Origin: Chrysomallon squamiferum
Taxonomy: Eukaryota > Animalia > Mollusca
Reading direction: 5' to 3'
Assembly: GCA_012295275.1 (NCBI GenBank)
Contig: CM022679.1
Coordinates: 12,152,001-12,216,000, forward strand
Length of the DNA stretch: 64,000 bases
The translations under genes were made by a program, and so were the position numbers. Shown piece by piece: positions 12,824 to 27,830 of this stretch; within the stretch, counting starts at the first letter, position 1, and each line of letters starts with the position of its first letter. The notes under the pieces were generated by a model. The model was not told where the DNA came from. It worked only from the letters and a program-made list of their open reading frames with translations, and searched no databases.

Positions 12824-13298
12824 TCAACAGGATTCCAACACTTCAATAACTTGATTAATTTTCTGAGCTCCTGTGTTATCAACAGCATTCTGAAAAACAA
12901 AACAACAGGGTTCGTTAAAAATAAAATGAAATTATGAACAATAAAAAGAAGACAAAATCTTGTTAACATTCACATTCAAGAATATTAAAGAGTAAATGAT
13001 TACTGATTAAAAATGTTAAACAGTTTTTCTCTTCGTAAACAAAGAAAAAATATCTTTCCAAGATCTTATTGAACTCAGAATTAACTTTTATCTTTAAAAC
13101 AAAACCAAAGGTATTTCTTAGGGTAGTTTTATAAATATATAAACAGAAAAACTCAATATGAAAACAACACTTACAGTTAAATTCATGAATCCCAAAAACT
13201 TTTTTAATATCCTAATGACAGGCTCGTAACTTCCGTTTGGTAAATGACTCCTGACTTGTTCAACATAATCCTGAAAATTAAATTGTATGTGTATAAAA

Positions 13299-13342
<44 letters not shown>

Positions 13343-16300
13343 AAAATATCAACTGTGTTAATCAATTACACTGCAAATTTTTTTTTAAAAGATGTCAGTG
13401 TATCCAACTGAACAAGTGGATTTTTTGCTGGGGAGTTACTAAACATTCATTAATTTCAGCCAATTTTCAAAGTATTAACAAAAAAATCTTTGTGCATCAT
13501 TTAAAAATTCTGAAAAAACAAATTAAAAATAAAATAAATAAATAAATAAATATATAAAAAAATTAAAAATTAGAAAACAATAATAAAATAAAATGTCACG
13601 TTAAAAGTACTGGACTTTCAAAATACAAATTATATCTATTTTCTTTTATTCAGATGAACTAGACATTAAATAAATTTCCATAAAAAACATAAAAACCCTT
13701 ACTTTATTGTCCTGTATCAAACAGCCAATTAAAAGTCCAACATAGGCTGCAATAATACTGTTTTCCATATGTTTGCTAGCTTTGTGCAGAGCTGAAAAAA
13801 AAAAAAAAAATGATAAACATACAGCTTGCAAGATTAAACATTAACCAGAATGTACTTTCAACCCTGCATCCGGATATATATGTGTACAACAGAGCAGTTA
13901 TAGGTGCTTCAACAATGTTATTATTAATTCATTATGTGATATAAAAATGGTGTCTAAATTAATTACTATTTAAAGACTGCTCAATTTAAAACATTGATAT
14001 GTGGTATGTTTAACTCTAGAACTGGTAGAATATAACTGTAACAACCCGACCAGAACGTGTGAATTTATAAAATTAATGCTGAAAACTGAGTGTGTAAAAC
14101 AAACCTTTCAAGAATGTTTCTTCTTCATCTTCTTCTCCGTCCTTCGAGTTTGATGTTTTGCCAGTCTTGTTATTGTCTTCAGCTTTATTCACTTTTTCTA
14201 CAGACTTGGCGATCCACTGCATGCCCTGCTCTGACTCCTGCCACTCCCCACTCTTGTTGGGCGACGGGGCATCACAATGACTCTCGTCTTCTTCCAGGTT
14301 GCGAGCTGCCTCTTCACGCTGACAGAAAAGCTGAAAAGGAGATTTTTTAACATGAATATTAAACTCTGTTCATATAAGAAGACCTGTGATGTTGTGCAAG
14401 GATTTGGAGATTGAAAATAAACATTAAAAGATGTAAATTTAATGATCAAAATAGAAAAAAAAAATAATGTTAATATGCTCTAGTGAGTACAATGAAAGCC
14501 AAAGAAAATACAGAAAAATTAGAGTCATTAAAGAATACTGAAGTTGTACAAAATGTAATATTTACTGCTGTGACTTTTTAAATGTATTATAGATTAAAAA
14601 TAAAGGTATCAGTTTCAACACTTGTTACCACATGGTCTGAGTATTAGCTAATTCCCGTCCTCCACTTACTATTTAGCAATATTTACATTTTTATTAATAA
14701 AAATCATGTTAGTAAAGATGAGAAAAAAAAGAAAAAAAACAAGATCAAAATCCACAATCATGCTAAATAAACAAACAAAACAATAAAAATGTCAGTATCA
14801 AATTTAAAATGTTTTTTTCCTGTTTTAACTAAATTAATTTACTTGAGTAATAATTTTAAATGAAATAACATTGATAATAAAAACAATATTATTACATTTA
14901 TAATTCAACATTTCAATTTAAATTAAAAAAAAGAGAAAAACATATTAGATATATTAGTAATTCTTGTGTCAGCTGTTCCAAGGCTACTCTTTAACATTTA
15001 ATAAAAACACAAAATCTATATTCAAGTAATATTATCCCCCAAACATTGGTTTAGCTAAACCAAAATGTAACAGCTTGTGAGAACTGAAAAATAAAAAAAG
15101 AATAGCGAAATGTAAGTAATTGTTTTTATCACCTGAATCAGAGCTGTAATCACCGATATCGATTCTGATTCTACAGTGGTGACGGATGTCATCAGACGAC
15201 GTCGATTCACTTGGCAGTGTTCAGCCATGTTGATCATTAATCCCAGACCCTGTTGTTATGAAAACAGACATTTAACATCTTAGTACAAATCAATGTCAAC
15301 AATTATTGGCTGTAAATATAACTGTTTTAATTTTCATGATAATACATTGTCAGACAAACATTGCAGGGTATCCTCTCCAAGAAATGTCTTAAAAGCATTA
15401 CCCCATAAATGAAATGAATAAAATAAAATAAATATTGTTTTATCTTCGATTTAAAAAGCAGTTGTTACATAACACACATAAATAAATATTAAAAGTTAAC
15501 TGAAATTGCTTCTGCTACCTAAAAATAGTGATATAAACAATTAATGGTGTGCTATCTGACATAGATTGCATACATCAGAGTAGATTAGAAAGATGAGTTC
15601 TATATACTCAACGAAAAATTTATTGGTTACAAAAAGCAAAATTAAAAAAAAAAAAAATCAGAAACACTAATAAGAAACAGTTTGTTATATACAATTGTAA
15701 CAATGGTCAATGCTCCCTTGTATGAAGTGGAAAAAAAAAAGGTGTCTACAAACAATTTTGAATCTGATAATAATTACATAAATTTCATAAAGCATTCTTG
15801 AATACAGATCTAAATTTCAAAAAGCATTCTTGAATACAGATCTAAATTTCAAGTTTTAACTATTAATTTATCTTAAAAAAAGAAAAGAAATTAATTTAAA
15901 AAAAAAAAAAAAAAAACTTTTTGGAAAGAACTTGTATAAAATACTTCAGATTAAACCAGTGAAAAAGACAGTAAACACATATGTACTCACCAAGACAAAG
16001 ACATCAAAGCAAAGTTCAAGAGGCACATATTTAGGCATTGTCAGCAAACAGACCACAATTATATCCAACAGACCTTCCTGCTCACCAATCTTTGTACTGC
16101 CAAATTCTGTTTAAAATAATATAATTGTTAAATTCTGAAAAACACATCAGATGCAATATGACGTGCAAATTTATTCACAAAGAAATTATTAAAAACAAAC
16201 AAAACATGAAATAAAGCTGTCATTTTTAATTTATTTTTTAAATGCCTCTTCTTATTTAAATTAAGTGTATATATTGTGATGAAGTTTGTTGTTGTGACTG

Positions 16301-19300
16301 CACTTTTCAAATAATTCAGTCCAGCATAGTAAACATCAGTGGATTATATTACAGAAATACTACATGATCTGTTTAACTAACATTTTAGACTTTGGAATAA
16401 AATAATGACAAACATAATAACATGTTCATGCATGCATGCAGGCACGCACACACAGACACACACACACAAAAATAATTTAATAAAATAATAAAAATAAGAA
16501 TGATGTGGCCTCAAGATAACAAAATGAAGACAAGGATTTACCATTTTCATGTGTCAGATTCAGAAGCACTCTTAATATAGCCAGAATACAATTGAACAAT
16601 ATGACACCAGGTGCAGTTTTCTTTTCTTCAGAATCCTCTGGTACAGGGAAGGCAGACATACACTCCTGACAAACTTTCAAAACACTGTAAGAGTATAATC
16701 ATAAATCCGATCAATTTAAAATTTACAAAATTTATAATAATAATAAAAAAATAATAGAGAAATAAGTGTTTCCTTAAATTATTCAAATGAGAAAATAAAA
16801 TGACAAAAGATTAAAAAATAAATAATAATAATCTATTTAAAAAATAATAATAATAATATTCAAAAGATTTGAACCGTCGAGTAAGAGAGAAATTATTTTT
16901 AAAAGCCACTGATCGATCTGAACTTTCCCTGCAAAGAAAACTTCCAGATTAAGTTACACTTCATATATATTTCTGATTTGCTGGAAACAATTTGCCATTT
17001 AAAAAATAACAAGATCAGTTTTTATGGTTTTTGTTATATAATCCTACATAATATAAATCTTTAACAAATAAAAAATTCACAGTGTACACATTTGACACTG
17101 CTTGATTTCTTTTAAGACTATCCTCTAATTTTAAATTTATGAAAAGAAATTTAATAAAGGAGAACAGAATATGGCCAATATATTAATATAAAAAATGTTT
17201 TGTTTGGATTCAAAAAAAGTGAAAATGAAATTAAAAAAGCCACACTGACTTGCCAGTTATTAATGCAAAGTATTTCTATTTCAACAAGATCTCAGATGTC
17301 TGTCAGTATTTTTTAAAGGTTATTAAAATTTGATTTTAAAAAAATATATAAATTTAAAAAAGAAAAAATTTAGAATTCTTATATGGTACCAAACAATGAT
17401 TTAATAGTAGAAATAAAACTGGCTAAAAAGAAAAAAAGTGATATTAATTTCATTACTTGCAAATGTTTTTAAATTTTCTCTGGCAAATGAGTTGGTAAAA
17501 AAAAAGTTAAAATTGATCATAAATTAAATTCAAGAGTTAATGCCCTTTAAAATGTTGATGAAATTCTTTAAAAAAAAAAAAAAAAAATTTCTTTTCAAAA
17601 AGAAATAAACTAAATTTCTCCATTATATATTACTGTACAAATCATAATCAATTTGAAATAATAAAAAATATATTTTCCCATAATATTACAGATGGCATTA
17701 ACAGAAATCAAATTTCACTTTCTAGAAGAGATTATTTCTTAATAATTAAGTGAATGAATTTGTGAAAATATATTATGTTTTGGTACATTAGGTTTGTTCC
17801 ATATCTTTTTTCAATAACTTTTAAAATGAAAATGGAAGCTGAATGAATATTTCATGACAGATTTTAATAATAAAAGTAAGTATCTGTTATATGTACTGTT
17901 GTAAATAATATGACCCTCCACCAGTCTTGACTTCAATGCTACATCTATTAACTAGCAAGTAGGGATATTTTATACTCATTTTCCAGTAAACAGTAAAACA
18001 CATACAATTGATTAGCTCATACAAAAAAAGAAAAAAACAACATAGATCTAGTGGTTCACAGTTCAAGATTAATTACATCATCTGTATCACATTTCAGACA
18101 TCTAATGTAACAAGAGAACTACAGCTTAATTTAGCTAAAATGCTACATATTTTCTTATTTCTTTTTGTAAGTATGAAGTACCAACCTGCACTGTGCAGTG
18201 ATAAGTTCTGCTTGTTTGTATGACAGCAAGTAAGACTGGTTATCTACATTCAAAAAGCTCACCTGTATCAAGAAAGAATTTCAGTTTAAAAACAGCTCTC
18301 AATGATCAAAACAAAAGTACACTCACACACATAATTATACAAGTAATAATCAAATAAATATTAATATTTTAAAAATGTAAGCACAAAAAAAAAAAAAAAA
18401 TTAGTAGCAATAATTTGAAAGATGCTCAATTTGCAAAGAATTTCAAAAATCTGAATTTAATTCTATAATAATATGTAAATATTTGAACTTTCAGAGTAAA
18501 CAAGAATAATTTTATTTTCAAGCAATTGGCTTTATTTATTAAATAATACAAATTTAATACAAATCTGTAGATGAAAAACAATATACAGTTATTACTAACA
18601 AGAACATTTATCTTAACCCTTTAACTCACATTTTCTAGCACTCTAAGGCATCGATCAAATCTTCTTAAACTTGGAATAGCACTATTTATACCATCATGTA
18701 GACCTTCTATGATGCTGTGTGAACATTTGGAGACTAGAATATAGAAAATTAAACAAATAAATATTAATTTTAGAAAAGAAAAGTAATGCTTAATGTGTTG
18801 AAATGATTTGAAGCCATGACTAATACTATCATAATAGTAATAAAATTAAATTTTTTTTTTTTAAAAACCCCAAACATTTCAGCCTTAAACTTTCCATTGG
18901 TAATTTCAATCTCTAAATCATTTCCTGAATCAGAGAACTTCAGTGTTGAAATAAAAATGTCATATGGATAGGATTAATACTATTAATATACTGCTATGAA
19001 GTATTAATAGTTTTATGATTTGTAGCAATCAAAGAAAGTTCCTGTTAATATCATTTTGGAAATTTTAAAAATAAAAGCAAATGCAAAAAACCCATCTGAA
19101 ATCAATATGTATATATAAAGATACATACATAAATATGTGTAACATAGCATACTGCTTTGTTCAGCTTTCAAAAAAAAAAAAAAAAAAAACACAGAGCATC
19201 TGCCATTCTGTAACATTTTAAAACAATCTAACAGGTTTTTTTGTTTTTTTAAAATTATAACCTATTATTTCAGTTACACACAAATATCAAGAACATGCAT

Positions 19301-22300
19301 TAAAATCATTCACCCATAAAATAATTTTTTTAATTTTTATATATATAAAAACATTTAATATCAGCTAGTTTGACCAATACCTGGCAGAGTTATTGCCCTT
19401 CTTACTCAAACTTCATACAATAATGTTTACCAAACTCAAACAATTAAGATACACTGCACCCAGTGCAAACTAATAAATATACTGCACCTACATAGCAAGA
19501 ACTGTTTTTGTTCCAGTCGTTACAAGCCGATTAACCACTAATATTGTTTGTAATGAAATATTCTGGAATAAGAATATTTATAACACTGCAACAAAGCTAA
19601 GTATTATTTACATGTGTAATCAACTGAACTTTACTTAAACTCCAATCTTTGAATGTTTAAGAGGGATAACAAATAGAGTTCTATTTTTTGTTTTGTTTTT
19701 AGTTGTTGTTGAGGGTTTTTTTTTTTTTTTTTTTTAATGTTAGCAGTATTTTATTTTATCTGATAAATAACTTGACTTACATATACACAAAATAATGTTT
19801 TGAACAATATTAAAAAAATAATAATAATAAATAGGTAAATAAATAAATAAATCAAATTTGGTAACAGAAAACAACAAAGAAGAAATAAGAGAAGCACATT
19901 AATATGTTACAAAAAAAAAATGTATCCAGCAATTCAGTATAAAAAAGATAAAAATTAAACTGTTAAAATATGCACCACAAATATCAGACCAATGAACTTG
20001 TAATAATAATAGTACACATAATAAGTAAACATGGTAAAGTAAACTAAAAAATTAAGCTGTATTTTTGTCCACACACCTGTATCAACTATGTGATCCAGCG
20101 CTCCCTGTGTTCTCAATTCTTCTTTGAACCACTCCCCTGCTCGTCTTGATGTCAAACTTAACAATGACTCCATTGCAAGATAGCCAGTCTGAAATTTTTT
20201 TTTAAAGTATGTACATAAATATTGTAAATTAGGTAAAAATAATTTTAGAAAAATATTATCAAAATTCAATTTCTGAATAATTTAAAAAAAAAACATGAAA
20301 AAAAGAAAAAAAGAAGAAGAAATAACCAATCATCACTCCTTCCAAAAAAAAAAAAAATCCACAACAATCTTTTCAATCTTAGTGATTTTTAAACTTCTTA
20401 TATAAACAAAAGCATGTTCAAAATAATTTTTGAAAGGTTAGAATATCTTTTGATTCCAAAATAGGTTAATAAAAATACCAAATTTTCCAAAAGCCCTTAG
20501 GTAAGGCATTATGTAATTAATCAATACATTTGAGAAAATGTTATTGTTCATTCTTTTTCTAAAATTAAAAATCTTTAATGGTAATATTTTGTATTACTGA
20601 TGTCAATTTTTTCATTAAAGATTGTATCTCTATCCAGCTGGTTAGTCTTTCTTATACAGTTAATTTTGCATTAACTGAAAGCATTTAAAATTTATAAGTT
20701 TGTAAAATATGTTTGATAAATATGAATTCATTTTAATTTTTTACTCCATATTTTGTATTCTGGGAATGCCATGGTGATGTTTCTTGATTAAATAAAGTCA
20801 ACTTCTTTAAAAAAAAGACTATATACCTAAATGATACAAATAATATATAGTCTGAATTTATGAAAGGTAATAATAAAATAATATTTTCTTTAAAAAAAAA
20901 GACTGTAAACAAAATACACACTGATATGATATCTGAATCAAAATTTGATGACTCTTCATGCTTCAAATCTTTTATAAGATCTTGTACTCGTGACTTTGTC
21001 TTCTCAAACTCTTTCAACTCTTCTGGATTTAGTGGCTGTAAAGTTTCTTTTTCAGAGTCAAATTCCAGCAGTCGTAACATCAGATTGAGGCTGCTGGTGT
21101 CCAGATCCATATTCAAACGATCTCGGCTAAGCATGTACATCATGGCTGCAGTACTAAGTGCAAGACTCTGTAATAAAGATATACAAATACAATCATACTG
21201 CAATGGAAATAAACATTTTTCTTTGTTGAATTTAAAACAAAATGCTCACTACTATCACTATAATAATGATAAATAAAACAGTGATTTGAAGGAGGAAAAA
21301 TATTTCAAAACTGAAAATAACTGCAACAAAATCATATGGCTCTATGTCCTGAAATAATGTTGAACAGTTCATTTAACTGATTATTAATGTGGACAGAGAT
21401 ACTGAAATACTTACAGGATCTGTGCAGGCATCATGAAGCGAACTGAAGATTTTGGTGACAGTACCATGAGCTCTCAGATGCATCCTAAATGCAGGCATTG
21501 TACACTTTGTAGCTAATTGAATACAGCTGTAAAAAATATAAAACAATACAAGTTAGTAACCAAAGATTAATAATAATATAAATAAATACATTAAAAATGT
21601 TAAACTAATTTCCAAGTACACCAAGGTAAATTAAATTAAATTACAATATAGTTTTTCTTTTTCTTTCATTAAATAAAAAATTGATAGTAAAAAAATAAAA
21701 ATATTAAAATGGTATTTAAAGACTATCTGGTTCTTTGCTTTACGGGATGTAACTGATTAAACAAGTTCTTTATGAAAAATTCTACCTTGCTACAAGGTAC
21801 CAATTTTTTAATTTCTTTATCCACAACAATGAAATTGTTGTCACTATATGCATTTTTGATAAGACTGAACACAATCATTGGATAAAAGGTCACCTTAAAC
21901 ATCGAATGGAAATAGGTTCAGTATTCTGAAGACCATCCAGAAGGTATTCTACATCATCAGTGAATTCCTGGGTCTCTCCACTTTCCTGAACTTCAAAGGC
22001 TTGTTTCACATTGCGTACCACAGTGAATAACTGAAACATACATTTTATTGGTGAAAGAATAAAAATTTAAGTGTGTGGGGGCGTTTCGATGGGAGGTTAA
22101 GTACACACACACACACACACAATGTAGACATTACACAGTTGTGACTAGACAGTTCTGAATAATAATAAAATCTGACTGAATTTTATGTTTAATTTTAGAG
22201 TCTGAATGCCTGCCACTCCTGGACTCTTGTAACTGCAGATCACAGAATTTGTTGAAATATATGTTCGTTATTAAAATCTATATGATCCCCATCCATAAGA

Positions 22301-25300
22301 AAGAATAATTTTATTTAAGATCATAATTTTAACACTGGAAAAAATTGTTCATAATAATATTATTATTAAGTAATGAAGAAATAGCATCCAAAAACAATGT
22401 ACTAGTCTATAAAATGACTGTCCCTAATAATTAAAGAACACAAAATTCAACAATTTTATTTTTATCCTTAATTTTGTTCAGTGTTTTTATCAATGCTACA
22501 TTAACAGATAGTTTGTGTGCAAATGACATGCATACAGAGCAAAAACACGTCAATCATAAATTGTCACATTCATTTAATACAAATTTTTAACATCTAGGCA
22601 TAATTTATTTCAACATGAACTCAATTTTGGCAATTTACAGTTATAATTTTATAAACAGGTCAGGTATTATTTAAATCATATACATATTTATTTAAATAAG
22701 TCGCTATGATTAAAGAAATATTTCTAGTGTCCTTTCTTTAATTTAGAAAAATATTGGGTAAAACTGCTTTTCCTAAAATAAAATAAACAAAAAATGGCAT
22801 TTTCTTATTTTAGTTAGTCATTTAAATAGTTACCTGTCTGTGTTCCCTGCTGACTCGCAGAGAAGTATAGGCATCTTCACCTCCCCGTCCCTGCCAATGA
22901 ACTTTGCGACTTATTTTCAGTTCTTCACTACAACTTTCTTCTTCAAAGTCATCTGCATTAGAGGTTTTTGTTTCTTTTTTGGAACGTCCACGAGACGTGA
23001 CAGTTGCCTGAAAAATAAACATTAAGTTGATTTAAATTTTAAAATACAAACTTAAATAATACCATTTATTCTTAAAAAATTAAAGCAATACTGTTATATG
23101 TCAGAAATAAGGAAATGCTATGTCTGGCCTAAAACAAAATAAAAGCAACATAATATTTCATAATATTAATTTTAAGTTATATTTTGCATAAAATAAGCAA
23201 GCAGATTGTTTTGAAACAATATGGTTCAAGCAAAAGAAAATTTAAAAACTACTTCTGTTTCTCTTCATATGCTCATAAATTGCGTCTTTTAATTAAATAG
23301 AAAATATGTGTATCACATTCAGATATCAAATAACTAATTTCAGTGAACATATCCACATGACTGTCATAGACTATAAAATTCAGATTATATGTATTTTATA
23401 TGCATTAATTTAAAAAGTATGCTAACATTTACAATTTTCATTTATTCCAAAAAATTCATACCAACCATCTAAAATGTGCATTAAATACACCCATTATATC
23501 TAATCCTTCTTTACAATTTTTAAAAACAAATTATTATATTTTGTTGCCTAAATTCTGTTTATGCATTAAAAAACATATACACACTAACCTCCTTCATATC
23601 ACTGTCATTTTCTTGCCATGATCTTGCATTATAAACAGCTTTTGTTGGTGACTAGAAAAAAGAAAAAAAATGATAATGTAATAATAATAATAAAAATAAC
23701 AATATAAAACACTAATATTTTTTTTTCTTTTTCAACAGTTCTCCAATAAACCACATGCAAAACGTAATAATAAATTAGTTTATCTTTTCACTTTTGTAAT
23801 TATAAAAAACTTAATATTTGATTATGAAGTACATTTAGTGATTTGGTTTTTAATTATTTAAATAAATACAACAGAACCTGTCTATAGAGGATAAAATATT
23901 AACTTTAAAATTTATCCAGACTGGAGAGATATCTGGTGCAAACAGGCTGACATCTCATAACATTATTTTCTTTTTTATTTCTTTTCTTTTTTCTTTTTCT
24001 TTTTTAAATGTATGGAGTTATTTCCTTTATCAGAACTGACTGAAATGTTCTAATATATCCTGAAATTAGAATACAAACAAAATTTGAGACAGAGAAATCT
24101 GACCGATTTTGATAGGCAGTACACTCAAGATTAAGTTTTGACAGGTTCCATTTTATTTATGTGTTGAAAAATAATAGTAATAATAATTCTTAAAAATATC
24201 CTGAGTTACTAACTTTTCCAGGACTTTGCAGTAGACGTCTCCGAAGATCTGAACCACTGAGGCTGCTCTTGGAACTCTTTGATTTAAAGAATCTTCTTGA
24301 CTTGGGATGCTCCTGTTCAGATTGTTGACTTCCACTCAAGGATGAAGGACTTTCTTCATGGGAACAATTGGACCCTTCAGAAGGATTACCCACAGAATCA
24401 GTATCTGCTTCAGTATCCAATTTCTGCCGTTTTGGTGCAATGCCATCTTCCACACCTGCTTCCTCACTAACACCTGTACTGGTTTTCTCAGATTCTGACA
24501 ACTCCATGGGTTCTTCAGCCTTTACACTAAGTTCAAGGGCAGTTGATTCACAAACTGGCGATAACACAGGTGGTTCTGGTGAATCTGGCATGGAATCCTC
24601 AGGCAAAGCATATTCAATATACTGTGGCTTTGGTGGACCTCTTGATTTGAAAATCTTGTATTTCTTTCCTGATGCTGGTGTTCCTGTGCTATCACTTGCA
24701 TAGCTTTCACTGTCTGTCATTGTCACAACTTTTTCCAATATTGGCGCCTCCTGAGCAGAAGAAACACATGATTCTTGAGAACTACTAGGCACAGATTTAA
24801 CACTTTCTGGAGTTTTCCTTGATTTAGGGGTTTGTTTCTGTGACAGCGGAGAAGCACTATGTGTAGCTGATGAATTAGGGTCATTTTTATTTCTATAGGA
24901 TAAATGACTTGTTTTGGAATCAGACCTTTTCTTAGAAATAACTGGCTTAAAACTTTCATTCTGACTTTTGCTAGCATCCTCTTCTTCAAATGGCACAGGT
25001 GTTTCATTGTCTGTTTCCTGATCTGCCAAGGACTGTACAACATCATCTATAATATTTGAACGAACTTGGCTAAAATCCTGATTCATTCTGAAATACTTTG
25101 ATTGCACATCCTTCCTTTTCTCTTTATCAGACACTTTTGGTTTGCACACCACGATTACTGTCTTACCTTTCTGGTCATCAGACTGAATTTCTGCCTTTGA
25201 AATAATGACACTGTTGTCAAGCTTGTACAGAGTGTCACCTGCTAAACCTTTTCTGATTGCATATTGTTTCTTATACTCTTCCAAAAGAACAGGATCGTTA

Positions 25301-26208
25301 TATTTAGACACTCTCTTTCGAGGACTCTTAGTCATGGTAGATGGCTTGTGAGTAGTGTCATCAAACACATCAACTGTTTCTACCACAGATGAGGTTGAGG
25401 AAGATGATGATGTATCTAAGAATGCTGTATGTCTGCTACCGTAAGTTTTTTGAGGTTTCTTCATGAACTGAACTGGGAAAATATCATCGTCGTCTTCAAA
25501 AGCATTATCACTGGCAGTATTAGCAACTTGTAGTGAGCTTTTGGTTGACTGATCACACTTCAGTTTTTTGGAATGTTCAGTTGCAGATGTTTTGGGTTTG
25601 TCACTTTCTTGACTACTTTCTCCTTCATCTGACCAATCCCCAAAACCAAAATCTTTAACAGGACTTTTAGTCTTCGGTTCAGCATTTTGCTGTCTCTTTT
25701 GCTCAATTTTACTACTAAAAGGAGTTCGTGAATATGTTTTAGCTACTTTCGAATTAAAATTGAAGGAAACTTCAGCATCATCTTCTTCCTCAGAAACATC
25801 AAGTACTGTATCTTGAACCAGGACATCCTCCTTTTTTTCTTCAGAACTTCTGGTCATTATACGAGTTCCTGGAAGGCGTGTGCTGCCAACAACCACTACA
25901 TTGGTTGTCTGCTTCTTGACTGGACTGTTACGTTTGCTTGCATCTTCATCAAAGCTAAATGGATCACCAACATTTTTTACTTGTTTTTGTTTGTAGCTAC
26001 CTTCCGGAATTTCACCTTTCAGTCGCTGACTTTCTCTAAGGGCAATAAAATTTGTTTTGCCCCATTTTGTATGAGTTGAGGCTGCTTTGATATGGGCTGG
26101 CTTTGCAGTGACTGCATCATCAAATGCACGACTACTGGTGCTTTCCTTTGTTCTTCCATAGGTCCTAACTCCGAGTCGCCTTGATGAACTTGTGGCACCA
26201 GTACTCAT
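12824..26208 (-). CDS. WAPL: Wings apart-like protein homolog (cohesin release factor), 16 coding exons, 1290 aa
   Basis: Exons in transcript order, all GT-AG and phase-consistent: 26208-24214, 23651-23589, 23007-22834, 22030-21894, 21526-21415, 21167-20922, 20188-20077, 18733-18630, 18262-18186, 16684-16542, 16106-15991, 15249-15133, 14330-14105, 13791-13703, 13270-13175, 12889-12824 (3873 nt). WAPL hallmarks: [129 protein letters not shown], and C-terminal VIEVLESC*. Confidence 0.97.
15789..15852. repeat. Perfect ~32-bp tandem duplication in a WAPL intron
   Basis: AAAGCATTCTTGAATACAGATCTAAATTTCAA occurs twice in tandem. Confidence 0.9.
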
Positions 26209-27673
26209 AATTCTGTAAGTAAATATTAATATAACATTTTTTTTATAATAATTAAACATGTTAAAATAAATAAATAAATAAAAATATTACATAATAATAA
26301 TGTGCAAATTTATCCTTCATCAACACCAAAAATGCTTTGTGAAATTTAAGCAAAACATGTTGTTGTAAAATAAGTAACATGTTCCTGTTTTATTATTTAT
26401 AACCAACTTTACCCCTAATAATTTTTGCTGAGAGTATATTTTGTCTGTATACACAAGATCAGTAAATATGAATGTTATTTTGGAGAATGTGTTTCTGTTT
26501 TTACATGAATAATATTATTAATACGATTTTACATAACAATAGCAAACCGTTCCAAAAACATTATAGAAAAATATTATATTAATTTGTACAAAAATTAAGT
26601 TTGTAATACCATATAATAACATTCACTGATGACATTGTATTATCAATATTACATCATTTCCATCATCAACTGTCTGTGTGTGTGCGTGCGTGCATGTGTG
26701 ATATGTATCCTTACAGCATGTCTAAATATATAGATCCAAAGACAGCAATATATCATTTTACATTTACACTTGATCAGTGATTCTTGCCTTCTTCTTTTTT
26801 AAAAGATAAAATGATTAAAATTGTTATCTCTGACAATTATAAAATTAATTTTAAAAATTAAATAAAAAATAAGCCCCACCCATTTGCATGAAAGAAATAA
26901 TTTCACTTTATTTTAACGGTTATGGAAAAGTATGGCATTCTAAAATGGCACTATCATAAATGAGTTTAAATTTAGATTCACAAATGGAATGAAGTGTATA
27001 TATAAAAAATACATGTCAGTGTTAATTTTTTTTATATCTGTAAATGAATCAAAATATGCAGGAACAATATTTATGACCTGTTTATTACACATATTCAAAT
27101 GAATTTATTCATTACTGAGCACTGTGATAGTCAAACAAGGTGAGTGAGTGAGTGAGTGAGTGTGTATGTGTGTGTGTGTGTGTGTGTGTGAAGAAAACTA
27201 AAAGAAAAATAAATATGGATCACTGGATGTACATCTAAAATATTTAAAATTAATATTGGTAATAATATTGCTTATATGTTGAGAAAACACTGAGTGAAAA
27301 GTGAAGGGAGGATGACAGAAAGGAAACAGATTTTGAATTTAACTACGTAACACTTCACAGCTTCTAGTTCTAGTAATAAATTAAAACAAATTTTAATTAA
27401 ATCATTTGGTTTAAAATAAAAAAGAACGGACATTATATAGTAATACAATCTGTCATAAGTTACAAATTATTTATCTAGATCACATATAAATGCAAAATGA
27501 AATTAAATAAGTGCTATACATAAATGCAAACTACGCCCAAGACGATCATGGTTAGGGAACTGTTGAAACAGAAAATGTTAAGACAAACCACGGAAACAAA
27601 TGATTGGTAAGAAACACCGACATTACACCTTCATCAATAATAAAAACTAGTCTAGAGCAGTCATTAGGCATAC

Positions 27674-27830
27674 CTACCAAATTTCTTAGGTCTTATTTAT
27701 GCTTTTATGTGACAGTGAATTATAAAAGGTGAAAAATACAGCCACAATAACACAAATACTTCGCGTTGACCGCCATTTTTCCTGTGTGAAAGGTTTTGCA
27801 GGAACAGCGCATGCGCAGAACGCCAAATAA
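27674..27830 (-). promoter_or_regulatory. WAPL promoter and non-coding first exon
   Basis: Local CpG island; NRF1-type palindrome GCGCATGCGCA at 27807-27817; YY1 motif (AAAAATGGCG on minus) at 27771-27780; donor candidates TAG|GTATGC (27673) or TTG|GTAGGT (27677). The acceptor at 26213 lies 4 nt upstream of the ATG. Confidence 0.7.

Noticed and set aside
24153-26079. Alternative-frame and antisense ORFs inside the large WAPL exon
   Set aside because: Shadows of the real 665-codon exon.
26209-26259. Upstream 17-aa extension of the 689-aa ORF
   Set aside because: It crosses the acceptor at 26213 and is intronic; the real start is 26208 (MSTG...RTYGR).
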